Below, in pieces: positions 1 through 5,306 of a stretch of 5,306 nucleotides of DNA. The stretch comes from Amoeboradix gromovi X-113. Lineage: Eukaryota > Fungi > Sanchytriomycota. Every line of letters starts with the position of its first letter. Within the stretch, counting starts at the first letter, position 1. A program made the position numbers and the translations under genes. The notes under the pieces were generated by a model. It did not search any database and was not told where the DNA came from. It saw only the letters and a list, made by a program, of their open reading frames with translations. The DNA lies in NCBI GenBank assembly GCA_018985225.1, contig JADGIF010000672.1:1-5306 (forward strand), read 5' to 3'.

Positions 1-70
1 CCTTTTATACTCGTCAACTCCGCAACTAGCTGCATGTCCACTCGCCTCTTAAATCCATAAAATTAATAAA
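1..70 (+). other. Possible 3' end of an upstream plus-strand gene with poly(A) signal
   Basis: Two plus frames are open from the window edge to TAA at 50-52 or 58-60, followed by AATAAA at 65-70, the same layout as other gene ends here. Frame and product cannot be determined. Confidence 0.25.
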
Positions 71-203
71 GCTGAAATAATGTTCCAAGTTGTTACAGAA
101 TGTTGGTCCAGTTTTTATATTTGATGTCCCAAATGGAAAAAAATGTTATGAGCATACATCATTAATAAAAAGTAATCGTTTACCCCTAGCACTTATAGTT
201 GGT

Positions 204-214
204 TGGTTTAGTCG
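204..214 (+). promoter_or_regulatory. Putative intragenic Pol III A box
   Basis: TGGTTTAGTCG fits TRGYNNARYNG and lies near the 5' end of the SRP RNA, in helix 3. An AT-rich TATA-like tract TTAATAAAAA lies upstream at 162-171. Confidence 0.55.
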
Positions 215-331
215 TCCAACTGTTGCTGGAAGACTCGCTCCAGAACTAGTGCTTGGGCGTTGAAAGGCTGCACTCCGTTGATACTGGCATCTGTGAGAGT
301 CTGGCGCTGTGAGATGAGCCCGAGGAGTTGA

Positions 332-340
332 GTTCAAACC
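332..340 (+). promoter_or_regulatory. Putative intragenic Pol III B box
   Basis: GTTCAAACC exactly fits the B-box consensus GWTCRANNC. It sits at the tip of an S-domain hairpin (AGTTG/CAGCT stem, 326-330/341-345). Confidence 0.55.
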
Positions 341-458
341 CAGCTGAATTCGATCGAATGGCGCGAGGCAGGACAACTGAGCAGCGTAAGATCGACCCAG
401 GTTCGGCGACACAGGTGAGAAGCCAACGGAGCAAGTAGGAGAAACCCTTCAGCAACCA

Positions 459-463
459 TTTTT
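459..463 (+). terminator. Pol III oligo(dT) terminator (T5)
   Basis: First run of 4 or more T after the predicted SRP RNA start. It falls exactly where the helix 5 3' strand ends (CCA 456-458 pairs with TGG 254-256). Confidence 0.75.
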
Positions 464-1408
464 ATGATAGTTTACATTTCTAGAGTTACAAATCCCTACT
501 TGAATTTAGCCATGGAAAACTTCATATTCCGTAAATCTAAGGAAGAAAGAATTTTGTTACTTTATAAAAACGAACCTTGTGTAGTTATTGGAAGAAATCA
601 AAACCCTTTAGTTGAATGTAACTTGAAGCATTTACAAATCAAAGAAATACCGGTAATCAGAAGGTATAGTGGCGGCGGAACTGTTTATCATGATTTAGGA
701 AATCTTAATTACAGCCTCATGACACCAAAAGTGGAATTTCAGAGATCCAAAGGTGTCACCTTCCTGCAGGAAGCGTTAAGAATTGGCAATGTAGAAACCA
801 TGGTGAGCGAGAGGAATGATTTGTTGATTCAAAAAGGCAGTGACATCAAGAAAATATCAGGGTCTGCATTCAAACTGGCAAGTCATAAGTGCTACCACCA
901 TGGTACATTGTTATGCACTTCTAACTTATGCGATCTGAAAACAGGACTTCAAGCAGCAGATATTCAGATAGATAATAGTGCTGTTACATCTGTACCCATG
1001 TCTGTAGCAAATATCAATATTTCAATTGAGTTTGTGACAAAGCTAATTTTAAAATTTGTTAATGACACGTATTCAAAGGGACTTTGCAAAAAACTGTTGG
1101 ATACAGAAGATGCTGTTAAAGATATTATTTATCTCAACAAGTCTGACTTTTTGAATCCGGATATTGAAGAGAATCTGGAGGAATTGCATTCTTTCAGCTG
1201 GACATTCGAAAAAACTCCAAAGTTCATTCAGAAGTTTAATATAAATGGGGATCAAACTGTAATTGAGGTCCGTAATTTATCTATCGTATGGTCTAATGTT
1301 ACTAAACTAAAAGGCACAAGTTACTTGGACTTGTATACCAACTGCAATGTGCAGCACAAGGCTTTTTCCGAGATGCTTGAATGCTTAAATAAATACAAAT
1401 ATAAATGA
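464..1408 (+). CDS. AIM22: Lipoate-protein ligase A family / lipoyltransferase (Aim22/Lip3/LIPT1-like), 314 aa
   Basis: Family motifs in the expected order: NPYLNLAMEN, VVIGRNQNP, RRYSGGGTVYHDLGNLNYS, RNDL, KISGSA (catalytic Lys), HHGTLL, TSVP..VAN, W.F.KTP.F. An in-frame TGA at 416-418 with no intervening ATG makes 464 the first start. Confidence 0.93.
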   Translation: MIVYISRVTNPYLNLAMENFIFRKSKEERILLLYKNEPCVVIGRNQNPLVECNLKHLQIKEIPVIRRYSGGGTVYHDLGNLNYSLMTPKVEFQRSKGVTFLQEALRIGNVETMVSERNDLLIQKGSDIKKISGSAFKLASHKCYHHGTLLCTSNLCDLKTGLQAADIQIDNSAVTSVPMSVANINISIEFVTKLILKFVNDTYSKGLCKKLLDTEDAVKDIIYLNKSDFLNPDIEENLEELHSFSWTFEKTPKFIQKFNINGDQTVIEVRNLSIVWSNVTKLKGTSYLDLYTNCNVQHKAFSEMLECLNKYKYK

Positions 1409-1424
1409 AAACATTTATTCACTT

Positions 1425-2198
1425 TCAGTTTTTGTATCTAATAAATGTGGGCGTGTTTTCCGCCGCAAATAAGTTCTCATATAATTTGTGATTATATTTT
1501 TCACTATTATATATCACAAACATGCAAAGACCCTTCTTTGGAGAAGATTCTCTTATAAGATTTGGCGTCAATTCCAATGGAGGAAACATATCGGTATAGT
1601 TGATAAATTGGCACTTCAATTTTTCTCCATTCGTTGTTATGACATGTCCAGTGTATTGCCACTGATAGTTTTCATATCTGCGATTTAGTTTATCGTGAAA
1701 ACTGTTGAATGAAGGAGCTGGATGATCTTTATTCATTGGAAGCAAAAGAAAATGAAGATACTCAAGTTTCTTGTCAACCTGGTCAATGTTTATTTTATAA
1801 TCTTCTTGGCTTTCAACACCAAGATCGATTTTTGTAGCTCTTCTGTACTCGTTTATCCCATAGTTACGTACATCAACTCTCTTTGGGTTTGCCATGTTAA
1901 GTTTAACCTTAACGAACCTAAATGGATACGGGTAATTGTTTGTCTGATAAAACAACTGAACGTAAAAAGGTTCTTTATTTCCTTCAATTCTTAGACTATC
2001 AATTGGTTGCTGATAATTTTCTTCTATCCGGATGTTTAACCTGTTGGTAAAACTGATCATCCACAACATGAATTTTTTTCGCGATTCCGCATTTGTAACC
2101 TTCAAATATTCTTCTTCGATTATTTCCATTTTTTGATTGATGTTACGATATTGAAGTACTTTTACAGATGAAGACACATTGCCAACAGGTTTCTTCAT
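1425..2198 (-). CDS. Hypothetical protein (~257 aa), no recognised family
   Basis: Long uninterrupted ORF in AT-rich DNA that tiles between its neighbours, with AATAAA on the minus strand just after the stop (1414-1419). The ORF-track start at 2204 is GTG; the first ATG is at 2198 (alternative 2129). Confidence 0.75.
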   Translation of the reverse strand: MKKPVGNVSSSVKVLQYRNINQKMEIIEEEYLKVTNAESRKKFMLWMISFTNRLNIRIEENYQQPIDSLRIEGNKEPFYVQLFYQTNNYPYPFRFVKVKLNMANPKRVDVRNYGINEYRRATKIDLGVESQEDYKINIDQVDKKLEYLHFLLLPMNKDHPAPSFNSFHDKLNRRYENYQWQYTGHVITTNGEKLKCQFINYTDMFPPLELTPNLIRESSPKKGLCMFVIYNSEKYNHKLYENLFAAENTPTFIRYKN

Positions 2199-2236
2199 TT
2201 TCACCAGTTATAATTCTTAAACTACGGAGAAGATTT

Positions 2237-3265
2237 ATGGTATTTTCTGCTGTGCATAATTCGAGATTTCCTCTGCAGGTAGATTCTTGTTTAATTTCAT
2301 TTTGTAGAAACTCTCTGCTTTGGCTGTCTTTGGATGCAAAAAAATGCAATGAATTTAAATGCCCTTCAAATATAATCAAAACCAGGTTTGATACTTCATT
2401 TTTGTTTGCTTACTGTTCTAAACATGTTTTGGTTTTTGACAATGACAACTTGATTGCTACAGTCCATAAATCATATGATAGAGTGGTGCTGTATCATGAT
2501 GTACTGTATTGCATTGATGAAGTCTTGAAAATCATAAACTACAAGTTCGTTGATGATAAAAAGATGAAAACCATAGCTTTCCAGAAGTATTCTATGAGCG
2601 AAAAGTACCTTTGCGTTCTTGAAAAAGGTCAGATTACCTGGTTTTCCATTTGTCAGTTAAAAATGTTAGCAATCGCAAACACTCAGGATACTCTGCCACA
2701 CAGGCTACCCTCGTTTGTGTTAAACATGCATCTTTTTCATCCAAGCTATCCGCTGTTGCTTTTGTACACTTATGATTCTTTCTATATTGTTGATATGATG
2801 AATACAGTTCAGTTCGGTGCAGAAATTGAGTGTCCAGTACAGCATCATTTTTGCATTCAAAACTATTTGTTGTTCATCTATACGAACAAGTATATATGCT
2901 TGAATGTGCTGACAATGGAACTGGTAAGTTTACCTTTTGATGTTATTAAGCCTGAATCTTGCAAATCATACAAAAGTGATCTTTTTATTGCTTGTGTATT
3001 TAGTAATAACATTTTAGTTTATGATTTACAGTTATTTACAATTACGCAATTTGAATTAACAGGTGCAATTAATGATCTTTGTATTTTTAACAGCCAGATA
3101 TTCTACGTAAATGGAGATGACAAAGTATACCACATTTATAAGGTAGATGGTCAATGGGGACAGGATTACATCAAGGTACAGGACTGGGTGCTGACTAGAT
3201 TAAAAGTAATTGAAGATAAAATGTACTTGGGTAGCACTTCAGAATGGTTTATATACGAATCCTAA
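2237..3265 (+). CDS. Divergent WD40/beta-propeller protein, probable WRAP73/WDR8-like (~342 aa)
   Basis: Repeating short hydrophobic beta-strand pattern. Three segments recall WRAP73 blocks in collinear order (from memory, not aligned): YLCVLEK..ITWFSICQLKML..TQD, HPSYPLLLLYTYD..IVDMMN..EIECP, NNILVYDL..AINDLCIF..IFYVNGDDKVY. Start placed at ATG 2237 because ATG 2168 overlaps the divergent gene. AATAAA at 3276-3281. Confidence 0.6.
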   Translation: MVFSAVHNSRFPLQVDSCLISFCRNSLLWLSLDAKKCNEFKCPSNIIKTRFDTSFLFAYCSKHVLVFDNDNLIATVHKSYDRVVLYHDVLYCIDEVLKIINYKFVDDKKMKTIAFQKYSMSEKYLCVLEKGQITWFSICQLKMLAIANTQDTLPHRLPSFVLNMHLFHPSYPLLLLYTYDSFYIVDMMNTVQFGAEIECPVQHHFCIQNYLLFIYTNKYICLNVLTMELVSLPFDVIKPESCKSYKSDLFIACVFSNNILVYDLQLFTITQFELTGAINDLCIFNSQIFYVNGDDKVYHIYKVDGQWGQDYIKVQDWVLTRLKVIEDKMYLGSTSEWFIYES

Positions 3266-3349
3266 CCAAATAGCTAATAAAACAAAATCATTACAATTTC
3301 AGATTTTATTTATTTTCCGGGACCTGAAATTGAAACCTCCATATTCAAA

Positions 3350-5023
3350 ATGAAGTCATTGGATCTTCGTAAGAAATTAAAAATGATTCAAGATCAACAA
3401 ATGAGACAGGCAGAACTGAAGCCAAAGCCATTGACAGTAAGTAAGACCAAAACTACAAACGCACAACTAGATAGTAAAATCGAAAAAGAGTTATTAGCCA
3501 AATTAGAAACATCTGTGTCGGACCAAAAACTAAATCAGAAGTCAGCTGTTGTTGACGATGGACATGTTGAGCGAAGGCCTAGTGGCGATAGCAGATTGTC
3601 AAGCGATCGTAGGTATAATGAAAGGGGTGGTTACTACCACGATAGACGACAATCTACCGAGAGAAGAGTTAGCGGTGATAGTAAATACATTTCATATCAC
3701 AACAGACGGTCTTCAGATGAAAGAAGAGATTATGAACCAAGACCACATGATCGCGGCTACAATGAGAGGTATGAATATCACAGTGACCGGTATGATAGAC
3801 GACCTTATGCTGATAGCAGACCCTACCCTGATGATAGAAGACAGTTTGAGGATGAGCATAGAGATGCCAGAGCTCCTTATTCTCGCAGAGATAGTCACAG
3901 CGACAGGTTTAGCTCTAGAAATACTGTAAGTGACCATTCTAGTGCCAGTACTCGTAGAGATCCAGATTTGCGAAAATCAAGTCTTGAAAACACTAGCACT
4001 GATTTCAGAAGAGATTCCCGTGATTATTCCAATAAATTTAATAATAATCAAAGAAATGACTTTAACGCTGATAAAAGACCACATTCTCAACCTAATGATG
4101 CTACTGCTTTCATGCAAGGTGATAGAAGGTTAAAAACCGTGCTAGTAAGCCAGATAAATACAAGAGCTGCAGAAAGCGATATTTTTAGATATTTTGATAG
4201 AATTGGAAAGGTAAGGCAAGTAAAATTGATGTATGACAAGAGTTCTCAGCGCTCTAAAGGATTAGCATACGTTGAGTTTTTATTTGGCGATTCTATACCT
4301 AAAGCACTAGAAATGGATAAAAGCATATTTATGGGTGGTCCATTAACGGTTGAAAGAGTATCAGATGATTCATTTAACGATCAGTATGCTGATCTGTTAG
4401 GCCAAATAACTGTCAGTAGACTTCATTCTTCAGTCACAAGCGAGGATTTGAAAGAGTTATTCAGTGAATTCGGAAAAATTAAAAGTGTCTACATGGGTAA
4501 AGATAGTAATGGACAATCTAGCGGTAAGTCATTTATTACATTTGATAATAAAACAGATGCCCAGAATGCAGTCAAAGAAATGAATGGATTCGAATTCATG
4601 GGACAACCTATGCAAGTGATCAATGATGTAGAAGTGGAGCCTGAAAAAGAAACAAAGAGACACAGGTATACAAAGAAGGATGCAAGTAACAGAGTAATGC
4701 AAATGCTGGCATCTAAAATAAATCATGGAACAGAATCACGATGTTTATCATTTTCAAACTTGTTTAACAAGAGTCACAGTGCTCAGGATCTAATAGAGAT
4801 TTCTGAAGATGTAAGACAGGAATTGGACACACTGGGGAGGTTGTTGCACTACGATATGAACAAGGAAGAGGAGTTGGTATACTGCAAATTTGAGAATATG
4901 GATATGGCACAGTCAGCATTTAAGAAGATAAACGGAAGGTTTTTCGATAAGAAAATCGTAAAAGCATCGTATGTCATTGAGTCTATCTATGCAGACAAAT
5001 ATCCAGAAACTAGTTATCAATAA
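3350..5023 (+). CDS. RBM39: RBM39/RBM23 (CAPER, Rsd1)-family splicing factor, 557 aa
   Basis: Arg/Asp/Ser-rich N-terminal region; RRM1 with the family-typical D..S.RSKGLAYVEF; RRM2 (LHSSVTSEDLKELFSEFG...MNGFEFMGQPMQV); linker helix RVMQMLA; C-terminal UHM (SRCLSFSNLFN...EISEDVRQE...VYCKF...INGRFFDKKIVKASYV) with the R-X-F motif. Confidence 0.9.
   Translation: MKSLDLRKKLKMIQDQQMRQAELKPKPLTVSKTKTTNAQLDSKIEKELLAKLETSVSDQKLNQKSAVVDDGHVERRPSGDSRLSSDRRYNERGGYYHDRRQSTERRVSGDSKYISYHNRRSSDERRDYEPRPHDRGYNERYEYHSDRYDRRPYADSRPYPDDRRQFEDEHRDARAPYSRRDSHSDRFSSRNTVSDHSSASTRRDPDLRKSSLENTSTDFRRDSRDYSNKFNNNQRNDFNADKRPHSQPNDATAFMQGDRRLKTVLVSQINTRAAESDIFRYFDRIGKVRQVKLMYDKSSQRSKGLAYVEFLFGDSIPKALEMDKSIFMGGPLTVERVSDDSFNDQYADLLGQITVSRLHSSVTSEDLKELFSEFGKIKSVYMGKDSNGQSSGKSFITFDNKTDAQNAVKEMNGFEFMGQPMQVINDVEVEPEKETKRHRYTKKDASNRVMQMLASKINHGTESRCLSFSNLFNKSHSAQDLIEISEDVRQELDTLGRLLHYDMNKEEELVYCKFENMDMAQSAFKKINGRFFDKKIVKASYVIESIYADKYPETSYQ
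3569..3790 (+). repeat. Degenerate intragenic peptide duplications in the RBM39 N-terminal region
   Basis: ERRPSGDSR (from 3569) and ERRVSGDSK (from 3659) are 90 nt apart; DRRYNERGGYYHDR (from 3605) resembles DRGYNERYEYHSDR (from 3749). Confidence 0.55.
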
Positions 5024-5141
5024 ATAAGATCAAATAAAGCAACTTGACATCTCTTTGCAGCTACGGAACTTTGAAGATGTGAACTATAAATAGATTTATT
5101 ATTCTAGAAAACAAGGATGCAAATGTTGTTAAGCATTAATG

Positions 5142-5306
5142 TTACGGGACATCTAATATAAAAACTAGACCTCTTTCGTACATGTACCCAATGCGCGATG
5201 CTGCATCTAAGTTATGCAATTCTGCACTCTTTTGGAACCATTCCATGGCTAGCTTGTAATTCTTTCTTCCAAAGTAGTCCCGCTCCTTTGGAATAGCAAT
5301 CCTACG
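5142..5306 (-). pseudogene. 3' fragment of a Sel1-like repeat (SLR) gene, running off the window; apparently frameshifted and truncated
   Basis: The minus frame from 5306 reads RRIAIPKERDYFGRKNYKLAMEWFQKSAELHNLDAASRIGYMYERGLVFILDVP*. KNY..AMEWFQKSA...A..IGYMYERG is a typical Sel1 repeat. The first half of the preceding repeat lies in other frames (VGLLFQ; CYSKGAG). Confidence 0.6.

Larger units (their letters stand above)
188..463 (+). ncRNA. Signal recognition particle RNA (SRP/7SL RNA), eukaryotic large type with Alu and S domains; 5' end uncertain (~188-197)
   Basis: GC-rich island. Helix 8 signature GCGC-GAGG-CAG-GACAA-CTG-AGCA-GCGT (361-387) matches the conserved NAGG/AGCA symmetric loop; basal stem TCGATC/GATCGA (350-355/390-395). 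Alu domain: helix 3 GTTGG/CCAAC (202-206/216-220), UGUNR motif TGTTG (221-225), helix 4 CTGGA/TCCAG (226-230/239-243), complementary loops AGTC (210-213)/GACT (232-235), helix 2 TAGTT/AACTA (196-200/244-248). Nested helix 5 segments: 259-267/445-453, 268-271/435-438, CTCCGTTG/CAACGGAG (273-280/424-431), 288-295/410-417, 297-304/397-404. Ends in TTTTT. Confidence 0.9.

Noticed and set aside
1-162. Start of a minus-strand gene at the left edge (for example ATG at 35, MQLVAELTSIK)
   Set aside because: Too short to assess, and the other minus-strand ATG frames stop quickly.
146-455. Minus-strand ORFs 146..412 (88 aa) and 246..455 (69 aa)
   Set aside because: Non-ATG starts, antisense to the GC-rich SRP RNA where stops are scarce, and no protein-like features.
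188-463. Alternative identities for the GC-rich RNA (RNase P/MRP, telomerase RNA, tRNA)
   Set aside because: No P4 CR-I/CR-V motifs, no convincing telomeric template and no cloverleaf; the SRP hallmarks explain the whole length.
464-1408. Bacterial lplA or operon-like interpretation of the window
   Set aside because: RBM39, a Pol III-type SRP gene, AATAAA signals and eukaryote-like ligase motifs indicate a nuclear eukaryotic locus.
2168-2236. 23-aa N-terminal extension of the WD40 ORF from ATG 2168
   Set aside because: It overlaps the start of the divergent gene, so ATG 2237 is more parsimonious. It is not excluded if the minus-strand gene starts at 2129.
1073-2379. Short ORFs 1073..1255 (-), 1488..1688 (+), 1722..1994 (+), 2143..2379 (-)
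   Set aside because: Shadow ORFs overlapping longer, better-supported genes, with no recognisable motifs.
3549-4726. ORFs 3549..3929 (+), 3713..3937 (-), 3930..4133 (+), 4529..4726 (-)
   Set aside because: Alternate-frame or antisense by-products of the RBM39 coding sequence, mostly its GAT/AGA-rich low-complexity region.
464-5023. Possible non-standard genetic code (TAA/TAG = Gln)
   Set aside because: The long genes have no in-frame TAR, use CAA/CAG for Gln, and two end in TAA followed by AATAAA.

Overview
A gene-dense, AT-rich eukaryotic window in the standard genetic code with no evident introns. It resembles a compact early-diverging fungal-type genome; that taxonomy is inference only. 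From left to right: (1) a GC-rich ~275-nt Pol III gene at ~188-463 (+), not represented in the ORF track, which folds by hand into a complete SRP (7SL) RNA with Alu domain, long helix 5 and SRP54-binding helix 8; (2) a lipoate-protein ligase/lipoyltransferase (Aim22/Lip3/LIPT1 type) whose ATG directly follows the SRP RNA TTTTT terminator (0-bp gap) and which has no presequence; (3) an orphan protein gene on the minus strand; (4) a very divergent WD40 protein resembling WRAP73/WDR8; (5) an RBM39/CAPER/Rsd1 splicing factor with eroded RRM surfaces; (6) the 3' end of an apparently frameshifted, truncated Sel1-repeat gene on the minus strand. Intergenic gaps are 0, 16, 38, 84 and 118 bp. The most notable items are the SRP RNA, its unusual structural details, and its abutment to the lipoate ligase gene. 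All RNA structures were paired by eye, not computed.
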